A stretch of DNA of 64,000 nucleotides from a virus. The DNA lies in the IMG/VR virus record IMGVR_UViG_3300023184_000039, positions 32,001 through 96,000 of that record, one strand, 5' to 3'. Under the pieces are notes generated by a model that was given only the letters and a program-made list of their open reading frames with translations, made no database searches and was not told the DNA's origin. Shown here one piece after another: positions 40,901-48,500 of the stretch (its first letter is position 1; each line of letters begins with the position of its first letter). Made by a program: the position numbers and the translations under genes.

Positions 40901-43879
40901 GATAACGGAGCATTTAAGGTAAACGGAACTGAAGAATTGCGTGGAGCACTTGGTTCTCGCGCATTTAATTACGGACCAGAAACAGAAGTGAAGACAAAAG
41001 CAGAAGCAATGAAGATGCTTACCGACCAATTGATAAAATCAATTGAGTCAGCAGAAACTGGTGAATGGAAAATGCCATGGAGGGTTACAACCCTTCCGAC
41101 AAACCCAACAACTGGAAAAATGTATTCTGGTTCCAACTTTATGATGTTGTCCCTTATTGGTGAAGCGCGTGGATACACAAGTTCACAATGGGGTGGATAC
41201 GGACAATGGGCAGACAAGGGTGGACAGGTTCGCAAGGGAGCCAAAGGTGTTCCCGTATTTGTTCCGATGCCGTTCAAGGGGAAGTTGGACCCAATAACAA
41301 ATGAAGAAGACGGGGGCGGAATGTCATGGAAAGTCATTCGGGTATTTAACCGTGACGAAGTAGACGGACTGCCAGAAGATTTTGCAAACCCACCAGTTCT
41401 TCCAGAGGGAACAAGAATTGACAACCTGGAAAAAACAATTTTGGAAGTTGCGCCAAAAATAACCAATAGTGGAAGTAGGGCTTTCTACCGACCAAGCGAA
41501 GATTCAATTACCGTTCCAGAATTTAAAAATTTTAAAAGTGCACGCGATTACTACAGTACGGTTGCACACGAACTGATGCACTGGACTGGAAGTGAGTCGC
41601 GTCTCAACAGAAAAAAAATGAATGCTTTTGGTACACCAGAGTATGCATACGAAGAACTTGTCGCCGAAATTGCATCAGCAATGTTTATTGGGGCTCATGG
41701 ACTTGAGCCAAACATTCAAGAAAACCATGGACCATACCTGAAGAGTTGGCTCGCGGTGCTCAAAGATGACCCAACTGCATTACAACGAGCAATTAAGGAT
41801 GCCCAGGCCGCATTTGATTACGTCAATGGTGCTTCCCCAAACCTCAGGGGTTTGATGGGTTCCGAAGATAATGGCGGTCTAGAGGCTTCTGCAAAAACAG
41901 TTGAAAAATTGTCAACTCCATTGGGTTCCATGACATCGCGCCCCGGCATAGGGCTTACAGCCAATGATGTTAGGGATATGGATAGCGACCAACTTGATTC
42001 CATAATGAACCATTTCGGTCCACAAAATGTATACAACGCTCGTCCCGGTGAGATAACGCAGGAAGATTATGAAGATATTGCAAAATTCCTAAATAACCTT
42101 ACAGCCGAAGAGGTAATGGGATTCAGTAATCGTGATAGGGGCACATCTAGACCATTGGGTTCACGTTCCAGTTCTGGCGTGACAGACGGAAAACCCAAGA
42201 GTGCTAGAGCAAAACTTGAAGATGTCCCAGTACCCCCAATGCCACGCCAGTACGACGAAAACAGGACCAGTTCCGATGCATACGAAGATACTGAAATGGA
42301 AATTAGCAGTTACCTAGAGTCTCTTTCAAATGCCATGAAAGAGATTGTTGGCGATGATGAGTTTGAAAAGACATTCAAGCCAAGAGTGGACAGCATTATT
42401 GATGACATGCGAGACGAGCGTTCCCAATATGCAGAACCGCCAGACTGGGCTCTGAACAGGGCATGGAAACTTCACAAGGAAATGGTTTCTCGGTCACGCA
42501 TGCGTGAGCCGCTTGGTTCTAGTAGTGGCAATGGACCGCTTGGTTCTCGCATGAATCTTAGCCAAAGTGAGAAAAACGAAATAATCGCAATGGCACGACA
42601 AATGAGAAAGTCAAACTTTGCCAAAAGTGTTGTTGCACAATATGACACAAACGGCGGACAATTATCGGATGGTCAATGGGCGGCATTGAACCGAATGACC
42701 TTGCGAGGTGGTGGGAGAAATGCAATGGGTTCTCGTAGTGAACCAAAAAAGCCAAGAACACCCAAAGGTGGATGGTCGCCAGAAGATAGGCAGAGATTTG
42801 CCGACAGAGATATTCTCAAGTCACGAAAAGTTCCAGGTAAGCGTCTCCCGGGACCAAGTGCATCCGAGTATGGTGCACTGGGTTCAAGGTCGGCATTTGT
42901 TAATGGACGAACAGTTGACATGGAGCCCAGACAGGACACCAAACCACTACGAATTGGATTGAGCGACATTGTATTCGGAGATGACGGGAAGGGTAAATCC
43001 TGGGCTTTGGCCGACCTTGCTAGAAGTAGTTCTGAATTCAGAAATATAACCCCACAGGAATTAATGGGAAGATACGGAATTTCCGAACGTGCCGCTCTTG
43101 ACATGAAGAAACCAGGTGCAAAAATACGTGACCCATACCTAGCAGACGAACTGACTAATGCCTTTGGTTTTACCCCATCCGAAATTTGGGGACGAAACAA
43201 TCCAACTGCCTACCAAAATGCAGATGGAAGCCTAGTGGACCTATCGGACCTGTTTGAAAAGCCAGATAAAGACTTTGACCCAACACTTGATGGTTCGCTA
43301 CCCGTGGTGGAACTTCCAGATGCTGATGCAACATTGGAAGGAATTTCTTCTGCCGATGAAGCACGGAAGGTACGCAAGAGGGTGGGTGGTTCGCGCAGTG
43401 GAAAACTATCAACGGGTTATGATGCCCAGGTTCTTCTTGATGAGATTGGATACAACGGCTCCCGAAGTAGGCGCGCCCTTGAGCAGGCTTTCCCAGAAAT
43501 ATCAGAAAAGCGCTGGAGGTCAATTGCGGGCAAGGATTCAACGACTGGATTGACAGTAAACGAAGTCAATTCAATCCTAAAAAGATTAAAGTCAAACAAA
43601 AAGGGGACTGATATTTTTGGGGAATCATTTGAATCTGGAACCCAAACCCCCGTTGCCTCAATTTTCAGAAACCCACTCATTGTTGCAAACATTGAAAAAC
43701 GGGGTGGAATGAATGCAGTCGCCGAAGCCTACAAAAAGGCAACTGGTAGGAGTATCTCAAGAGCGCAGTCGTACAGATTGAGGGATAGCAAGGACTCCAT
43801 CACATCAACGGAACTACGAGTGATGCTGAATGAACTCGGTATTTCCGTGGAAGAGTTTGATGCACGAAATAAGGGGTAG
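31925..43879 (+). CDS. giant prohead protease fusion / polyvalent polyprotein (S78 protease + 6 KTSC + ArdC-N/zincin + HTH)
   Basis: N-terminal HK97-type protease (DSVGDIV..GAF, WGH...PIGK, WSIGY, LKEVELYEVSPV..GAN). Frame is open for 11.96 kb (ATG 31925; track start TTG 31916). 17 LGSR plus 7 variant linkers. Confidence 0.88.
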   Translation: MNSDFKFKSNPGVVNIDEAQGIVECFVAGIGNKDSVGDIVISGAFAKSLTRRKPRVVWGHSWNDPIGKVLEMYEVPPNDSRLPAKMKAAGIGGLYARVQFNLQSDKGKEAFASVAFFGTDQEWSIGYKTIDAIFDPNLQANVLKEVELYEVSPVLHGANQLTGTISVKNHPVSSAMPTMMPMTMDQMPRIVIVSSDSIGEPQEEREEDDEQELNLFAEGLAQPLTDEQKAKIQSELSERTGSKVEITHATEGSIVFKRTTTDGKTSMYRVGYHTPDDYNTFMFGKPEIYADGEKPQAETEIQSKPNPDTPVVLADGGASYRDNEQQMSSFLGSEENVNPWGKSLAMHLIQLPGYSMKDASQKLSSIFEYHKLDVVETNNGLLVTSQLSSDAMDALQVAVKGIGQALGQSAGTLRSMSEGFNPHAIDGDNDGFAQDNTAFMRPYIPIGSLDINLPDIGGKKRNSSDLLDMPSLGSKIPDGDPSLLSGTEREAALAAGKLTPRTREDMMFLADRRPNNPGLAKYWDMNDNELTLAGQRLKSQRASVSSNERGPIDAELYKISHEFTRRQSYEQQFGKKFTPSKDGKKKPEKLNAAGRTAEQEAQRMEKFRADADTEIVDDARALGSRSGEKPKKPNTAGRTAEQEELRTEKLRDGANDDLITDAYDRGELGSRSNPEQSAAGQKIIEDMLVARGYGREEAGNMLDNWNENDNGTEEILKSNKNDLLASIEEHWSNALDRMNDDKESRSLGSRSGENPTPDYQDQFDSVVEKWFDSLPDSKERVQEYLDEGFGKQNARETAIEKWMELEQSENPELFMDEIQNRIDDLNENRWDDYQSRNLGSRSKPLGSRGDKDESNREETLAQRLKEIDGLSAEEGYIPRRGPQPSDLQRDMYEEFARYGNQNDVWDYLNTRYSVEKSDYSEPGYYTNENNYNLSGAIKDSMSEEDMRNFLKAVAEYEASPDYDVYKKGGPLYDELNKNPKPLGSRSSDPIDEAMKKPSKPAKIREYGAEEYQEFNTSRNNDPQQGFDEPVSDDFKSHEDGSKFVGHTVTFSDGRRGVIVQGYWPEYEIIDNDEYPPSFIFDRVGSIDIAVTHDKDGNRLDKIQYEKAKFDQESDLAIASEEYPFEYYNDPELADEFSRSSVQIDDNKVSLEEVEKLKQRPSKPLGSRGARKSTDDYKDLVDWLPDPTSGSTRKYTDTTDGALKVAEDRYALIHARREIAKEMAEANGVEWKKNISIYDVSKDDDDIDILEDLTSRINKLNDYVTAQDKEYRQIRNQEKKVYKSDSELSDIKNSIDLALEGYEGTERDIEEYSGDNAVDWFTTTPEENTKELADSLRDDLEELTIHEDENGNETLAREYSEDIAEAKTLIDKGTPEDLQKAIEVMQGAIRKQSDDYDTAARNYEAEGDELLGRGYRPVDLLDEDVDFADDTWEYDDDLDIKDVGGKYSIIPDELYGPEPTDSPFHSGKESVDYYMGRSKNAQYLKQQGVGRYALGSRSQADSEGQKPPRRAVLMSMDPKNSKLARQIDYDPQNGDLTVYRKDGKKETFKNVSYDRVRAAGVKDDPDTLINALQKEQNKPRSGSLGSRQTLQKIDVGDSQAIDDIHYDDMRKELHVGFTSPDGETRRYTYFGVSQDEADAIDASPSKGRAINDIKRNHDVEKIDSSALKRVTGTSDERMISPLTDSSGKYPGIGEPIDVSGSSALEDAFYDPRKRELVVKYKDGGSYVYEQVLPGEASTLNSAPSKGRAINDIKKNHFVRKYEKEAGSSKLEWSETSGTSSETSGRSGLDYTIEKQADGTFSAEAGKSTYSYQDGPDFETVDTADGFETEDAAKTWAAQHDFAIIERESGYDKIDRDNERARRNQPVDVGYSSALESASWDERNNELSITYKGGKKYIYSDFTQDDLDKFEANPSKGRAANEVKKNHPVRKADSGPLGSRSTGKSSPSRAVIPTMPDIDGMDEQDASDALEKSNEELLDFIDETEKLARMSRGDDNYNKYFGGAVPYIEELSKNHDGSVEERSIALEQAIDQAMLYSQDVGSLGDERESRELGSRSGAGIYRSPGRGAPRPIRRDEGLRELTPFDELPPKVQERVNESVMEYLYDENRGMYYDAQDGGVDMDEFLSDNAGFHPYGYVALTDKERAQIREQMMDRFAPREYMDEYGDEVDAMIANWDKEVEVNPDEMVDLLDKNKDDYVEAIRDAWDIEMDRQLNSRELGSRSSGNIDDVDVSGSSALDSAYYHAPTGELVVGYANGRSYVYEGVSNEEFQNFNDSPSKGRAINEIKRTHSFRVASDEDRNDRIAGDRSESDAMSRGALESNWKRIGSAEQQRYLSRETNSAISSGSGQSTDELLNAAKMRAMDDRNMADLEMQAESVGSGGRSIDVSSSQALNRVTYDKENELLSVEYRGRDGKGAGTVYEYQGVPEDVVASLESSDSRGAALRQIRDDYEFTTRDALPDSAYDKTSSKPLGSSSSNNTPNFNREDMGKILDRVRQTREFQDLEEVQNTLDGYMERSPSRTRASYPELDKEEVRVSKLLVEKRNEIIAEMLDAGEITDISGKRKPLGSGGRMGPRPDDSSYARDLADQRNRDYAAGAYATNPIGRFAENTDGDKPWVSYEDLDADVRGEIEQSYYESNPGSPRPGARDWDSDYAQNDFEMNPGKYGYADEASFEEDFSADMARFESRRKRLGSSSGSWPTPSGYEPDEFNMNEAMSQIGRGNIAAISGGRVVKRGNEMVLPVNRNQQVVVGYNGGSDTYYVRAEQIITSGKDKGKHKILAQWGEVYAENVGETAYNASLKPSMHSEENADFWKTSDLIPKNTLVDGETGEKISNAGPLGSRGSPGSTRPGMGVYTENSDDMLYDEANGPRNSIRRRGNYSPPNQRLLARQDRAEAIEELAQKNITRMDILRKTNPKRFREMLKRENIDRRDWRELAYRDATNAIDQLARYQERRASGNGIRRPPGGNLPKVDPSPRGDGLSPFANLKDGDIVTLDNGAFKVNGTEELRGALGSRAFNYGPETEVKTKAEAMKMLTDQLIKSIESAETGEWKMPWRVTTLPTNPTTGKMYSGSNFMMLSLIGEARGYTSSQWGGYGQWADKGGQVRKGAKGVPVFVPMPFKGKLDPITNEEDGGGMSWKVIRVFNRDEVDGLPEDFANPPVLPEGTRIDNLEKTILEVAPKITNSGSRAFYRPSEDSITVPEFKNFKSARDYYSTVAHELMHWTGSESRLNRKKMNAFGTPEYAYEELVAEIASAMFIGAHGLEPNIQENHGPYLKSWLAVLKDDPTALQRAIKDAQAAFDYVNGASPNLRGLMGSEDNGGLEASAKTVEKLSTPLGSMTSRPGIGLTANDVRDMDSDQLDSIMNHFGPQNVYNARPGEITQEDYEDIAKFLNNLTAEEVMGFSNRDRGTSRPLGSRSSSGVTDGKPKSARAKLEDVPVPPMPRQYDENRTSSDAYEDTEMEISSYLESLSNAMKEIVGDDEFEKTFKPRVDSIIDDMRDERSQYAEPPDWALNRAWKLHKEMVSRSRMREPLGSSSGNGPLGSRMNLSQSEKNEIIAMARQMRKSNFAKSVVAQYDTNGGQLSDGQWAALNRMTLRGGGRNAMGSRSEPKKPRTPKGGWSPEDRQRFADRDILKSRKVPGKRLPGPSASEYGALGSRSAFVNGRTVDMEPRQDTKPLRIGLSDIVFGDDGKGKSWALADLARSSSEFRNITPQELMGRYGISERAALDMKKPGAKIRDPYLADELTNAFGFTPSEIWGRNNPTAYQNADGSLVDLSDLFEKPDKDFDPTLDGSLPVVELPDADATLEGISSADEARKVRKRVGGSRSGKLSTGYDAQVLLDEIGYNGSRSRRALEQAFPEISEKRWRSIAGKDSTTGLTVNEVNSILKRLKSNKKGTDIFGESFESGTQTPVASIFRNPLIVANIEKRGGMNAVAEAYKKATGRSISRAQSYRLRDSKDSITSTELRVMLNELGISVEEFDARNKG
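33788..42889 (+). repeat. dispersed LGSR linker repeat (consensus CTYGGTTCACGT)
   Basis: LGSR at about 33788, 33926, 34163, 34436, 34457, 34868, 35414, 36401, 36671, 37727, 38072, 38570, 40430, 40949, 42155, 42539 and 42878; variants at 39329, 39614, 39989, 41921, 42512, 42725 (and LGSK at 33338). Confidence 0.9.
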
Positions 43880-43956
43880 ATACCCTTGCGAGCAAGTGAA
43901 GTATACTAGGCTTGTATAATTAGAAGTTAATAATTTTATTCTAAAGGATTGGTTTC

Positions 43957-45525
43957 ATGGACTCAAATAACCCTAACAATACTGTCTCTTTGAGCATTGA
44001 CTCAGAGGGAAGCGTCCTGAAGTGTACCAAGGGCCTAAATCCTGGTGAGTGTGGGTTCACACCAGGTTCAGCTGTCTGTGGTAAATGTGGAGCCATCCCA
44101 GTTGAGATGAAGGTTCTCTCTTCTGACATGTACAACGCTATTGAATCAGAACTCGAGCGATTGCGTTCACTGGTAAGTACCAAGCAAGAAGAAAAATCTG
44201 TAGGTCCTTGTTGGGAGGGTTACGAACAACTTGGAATGAAAAAGGGCAAGGGTGGGAAAATGGTTCCCAACTGCGTGCCGGTTAAAGGTAAGTCCGCCGA
44301 GGATGTTTCAATGGACGAAGAGGGCAACGGTGAAGAGTTGCCGAAAAAGAAGAAGCGTCAAATTCCCGTGGCAATGGAAGATGCCGGTACGGAAGATGAC
44401 TCCAGCATGGAATTGCCGTATGACATGAATGACGAGGGGGATGAATCAGACGAATCAAGTTTGAGTGCTGGAGATTTAGCCCAAGAAGAAAACAGCGAAG
44501 GCGAAATGGCCGACGAGGATACCGTTCCAACCTCAGTTCCTGCCAAGAAGAAACCAGCAGTTGCAACAGACGAAGAAGATGATTCTGGAGACGAAGATGT
44601 AGCAATGATGGACAAGTTTCGCAAGGCTCGCTTGGGTCAAATGGGCGTAAAGAGTCTGGAGATGCGAAATGATGGGTACAAGTGCGCCATTGATAGAAAA
44701 CTATACTCCTCAAAGGTCGATACATGCGCTGGTTGTGAGGGTGGCTGTCACGGAACCAAGGGTCAGGTAACACTTCTGCATGCAGAGGGATATGCACAAA
44801 CCCTTGTCAAGGGTAACATTATTGATTCTGGCTTTGTTCCTGAGGCAGATATGTTTGCGGTAACAATACGCCGCAAGGATGCAAAAGTATTTGATATTTT
44901 CATCAATGGTGCAACTGGACAAATTCAGGGTCATCGACTAAACGATGATTTCTCAATCAGTTCAAAGAATGACTTGCTTTTGGTGACATTTGACGAAGCC
45001 GGAGATATTGCTGTAAAGACAATACCTGGAACTGTTGTGAGTATTGAGCCAGATTCATTTGAAGGCGTTGACTCCTATGCTGTAGAAGTAGAAACAAAAG
45101 ATGGAAAATCATACGATGTATTTGTTTCACTTGATGGCAACATTCTTGGCTACGACAAGTACGAAGAAGAAGATATTGAGATGATTGAGGCCGAAGCCGC
45201 CGAGATAGCACTAAAGCGCGCCTTCAGCGAAGAAACTCGTCAGGAGATGGCCGAAAGCGGTGGGGCATTACCAGACGGTTCGTTTCCAATCAAAACCGAA
45301 TCCGACCTTAGAAATGCAGTATCTGCATATGGAAGAGCATCGGACAAGGCGGCCGCAAAAGCACACATTATCAAGCGAGCAAGAGAATTAGGCAAAGAAA
45401 ACCTCATACCAGCAAATTGGGTAATGGGAGAGAAGTCAGAATTCATTGATGCCCTTGATGATGATTTCAAAAAACAACTACTTGAATTCCAACTTCTTAG
45501 CGAAGAGACATCGTCCAATAGTTAA
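43957..45525 (+). CDS. head-cluster protein: Cys motifs, two PepSY-like domains, C-terminal DUF6582-like domain
   Basis: CWEGYEQLGMK...VPNCVP; two EA..IA....PG.V.......Y.V......G...DV..PepSY-like repeats; ALPDGSFPI..DLRNAV.AYGR...HIIKRARELG. Confidence 0.6.
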   Translation: MDSNNPNNTVSLSIDSEGSVLKCTKGLNPGECGFTPGSAVCGKCGAIPVEMKVLSSDMYNAIESELERLRSLVSTKQEEKSVGPCWEGYEQLGMKKGKGGKMVPNCVPVKGKSAEDVSMDEEGNGEELPKKKKRQIPVAMEDAGTEDDSSMELPYDMNDEGDESDESSLSAGDLAQEENSEGEMADEDTVPTSVPAKKKPAVATDEEDDSGDEDVAMMDKFRKARLGQMGVKSLEMRNDGYKCAIDRKLYSSKVDTCAGCEGGCHGTKGQVTLLHAEGYAQTLVKGNIIDSGFVPEADMFAVTIRRKDAKVFDIFINGATGQIQGHRLNDDFSISSKNDLLLVTFDEAGDIAVKTIPGTVVSIEPDSFEGVDSYAVEVETKDGKSYDVFVSLDGNILGYDKYEEEDIEMIEAEAAEIALKRAFSEETRQEMAESGGALPDGSFPIKTESDLRNAVSAYGRASDKAAAKAHIIKRARELGKENLIPANWVMGEKSEFIDALDDDFKKQLLEFQLLSEETSSNS

Positions 45526-45542
45526 CGATAAAGCGAGTTCCC

Positions 45543-48500
45543 ATGAAGGGTAAGAAAATAAAATCAACTCGTTTCATTCTTTCGTTCAAGGCTCTTGGAC
45601 ACTCACAGGAACGCATTGAGGAAATCACACATGACTTCCTTGATGGTGTTCGTCTATCAACCAAGGCTATTTCTAGGGGTGACGAAATACTGGTTAAGGG
45701 AATATCTGTTGGAAAAACCATAGGAGGGACTGGGGATGTTCCCAAAAAACAAGAGAACGAACTTCCTGGTGTAACAAATATCAACGGGTGGAAGTTTGAA
45801 AAGGCGGCAAAATATGCCCCTGGTAAAAAACTTCAGTTATTTCCAACACAGCAACAAAGAAACTCCCCTTCCAAAAAACCAAACTTTGGCTGGATTGACG
45901 ACGACACTCAAACATTCGGTTCCCCAGAAGAACTTGTCAACGATTTGCTCGCTAAGCCAAAAGTAGAAAAAAAAATATACAACGTTGATAAAGACGGTAA
46001 CCCAACATCTGTATTTTGGGAAGAAGATAAAAAGGAAATAGAAGAAAAATCACTTGGTCGTTCAATACGAGAAATGAACCCCCGTGGTGGTTTGGCTCAA
46101 CAGGCGGCGAGTCGCCTGAGAATAGTTGTTGATGACTTGGGAAAATTTAGGTGCCCACCTGGGACACCGCAGGCAAATCAATTTACCGACAAATTGGGAA
46201 CAACATGTTTTGCTGTCAGCGTAGACGAACTTGTTGGATTGGTCGAAGGGGCAATACAAAAGTTCCAAATGACTCCTAGTGGTCCAAAATTTGGAAATGT
46301 TTTAGAATCTCTTTCATCAAGGGGAACACAGGGAACTGGAAGAATGGGGGAGTCACGAAGACTTGCCGAAGGTGCAAGCAGGTGGTTTTCTGGTGCCGTA
46401 AAACGAGTGGCAACTAGGCACAACAAAATTGATGCCAATGTCAAACATCTTGAAGACACATTGGGAATTGGTTCAACGGATTTAGAGAGAGCAACCAATG
46501 CTGACCTAACCAAGATATTTCATACGCTCAAATCAAATGGACATTGGGATATTGAATATAGGGGTGGCATAAGCGATAAAAAACTTCAACCCCTTTTAGA
46601 CCAAATGGGTCTTAGTCTTCAAGATTATAGAAAAACAGAACGGGCTTTTTTGTCTCGACTATTGATGGAATATTCGGAAAACCCAGAATTGGCAAAAAGA
46701 GTTGCAAGAATTTATCATGTTGGAGTCGGAACTTACAGAAACAACAGTGGTCTAGAAGCAGCCACCGATTTACTCCTACCCCCCGTTGGGGCAAAAGATG
46801 TCAGGAGGGGAATGGAAGATGCAATAGATGCCAAATTTGAAATCATGCTTGATGTAGGGCAAATGACTGGAGAGGCAACTAGGTTCAAGGGTCCAGAAGT
46901 GGTTTCCAAAAAACATCGCTGGGGTTTAACCGTATCTGGTGGTGCAACAGAAGAAGAGCGACAGGCTGCATTGCTTGACTATGTAAACAAACAAAACGAT
47001 TTTTCAAATCGCGCATCGCATTTTGTTATGTTTGCCAGCAAAGACAAACATGTGGGAAAAGGTTCCAATACCGCATCGCACGAATTAAATCATGTTCGTC
47101 AAGCAATGGCTGTTTTGCATAAAGCGCAAGAAAGTGACAAATTAAAAGGAAAGAAGTTATCCGAAATGACTTCTGGAGATTTGTGGGATGTACTTGTGGA
47201 TTTAAATGACGATATTGATATGAGGGACTGGGAAAAAGTACGTAAAAATAAGGGATTGATTGATGTGCTTGGTGGTGACTACCCGCGTGAATATGATGAA
47301 AGGAGGAACGATGTTGGAACCCTTGAGTTATTGGCAGAAGTTGGTGCATTGCATGACTCTGGGGTAATTTCTGGTCAGGAAATTGAAGACTTTCTTGATG
47401 TGCACTCCGCTTGGCAGCGTCAAGACAGTTCCGTAAAAAGAGATGTTTCTAGAAAAAAAACAATGCAGGCAACACGAAAAAGGGTAAGTCAACCAAGTCG
47501 CAACAGTGAGGGTGTTCTTGATGTCCCCGTTTTTCCAGAATCCGATGGTGCAACACGGCGTCGCCCCCCAAGAAGGAGCGGAAAAACATTTTTTGATAGT
47601 GATGGAACAAAAAAATATGCAGAAGAGCATAGAAAATGGGTGCTTAGCAAACTTACCGAAAGCGAACAAAAAGCAATAGAGCGTCTTGGAAGACCAGAAT
47701 ACGAAGATAGGGATATTGTAAAAATTACAAGGCTTTCATCAGTTGAGGACAGTATTAAAAGAATGGAACGAAGGCACAGAGAACTTGTTGATGTCGGTCT
47801 TGAACCAGACGGTCTTAGTGTCCACGAAGCATCGGTTTCACAACAACTAGAACGAACACTCATACCCACCCTGACGGCACTTGACAAAAGTGACCTTCCA
47901 GACAGAATACAAATCGTTATTCCATCAGGCGAAAAATGGGACCAATATGGTCATGCTGGTGCAATGTTAATGCCAGAATCGGTATCGTCGCACAACATCC
48001 TTGATAACGAAATGGCGATTGAGCCCGGAATGGTCATTCTTGACACAAGCCCTGGAACGCGCGGTATATTCCATGCAGAAAAAAATGGCGGGTCTGTAAT
48101 TCTTCCACCTTCAAAAATTAGACTTACACACCTAGATGCCGACAATGTTTGGCATGCCGAAATTGTTGACCAAGAATCAAGCATGGATACCATCAATAGG
48201 CTTGAGGGATTACTCCCAACAAAAGCAAACGACAAAAGGAATGACAAACTCATTGCTCGGGAGGTTGATTCCATCCGACAGGTAATTGACACCCATCGTA
48301 GTAATGCCGCAACTAGTAATTCCGGGATTCTTGGAGATGGCTTAAGCCATCCAGTTTTGGCTAGTCGGATACGAAAGAATAATACCGATGTGGTCAATTC
48401 AATACTTGATTCTGGTGGGAAACCGTTTGACGGACCCGAACAAATAGGTTCGGATTTACCAGACTGGCTAAAAAAGCAACTGTTTGACAAAAGCAAATTT

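Noticed and set aside
33788-42889. LGSR DNA repeats as a CRISPR array or integron attC sites
   Set aside because: Only ~12 bp, in frame, irregularly spaced (21 bp to >1 kb), non-palindromic, with synonymous variation; no cas or integrase genes seen.
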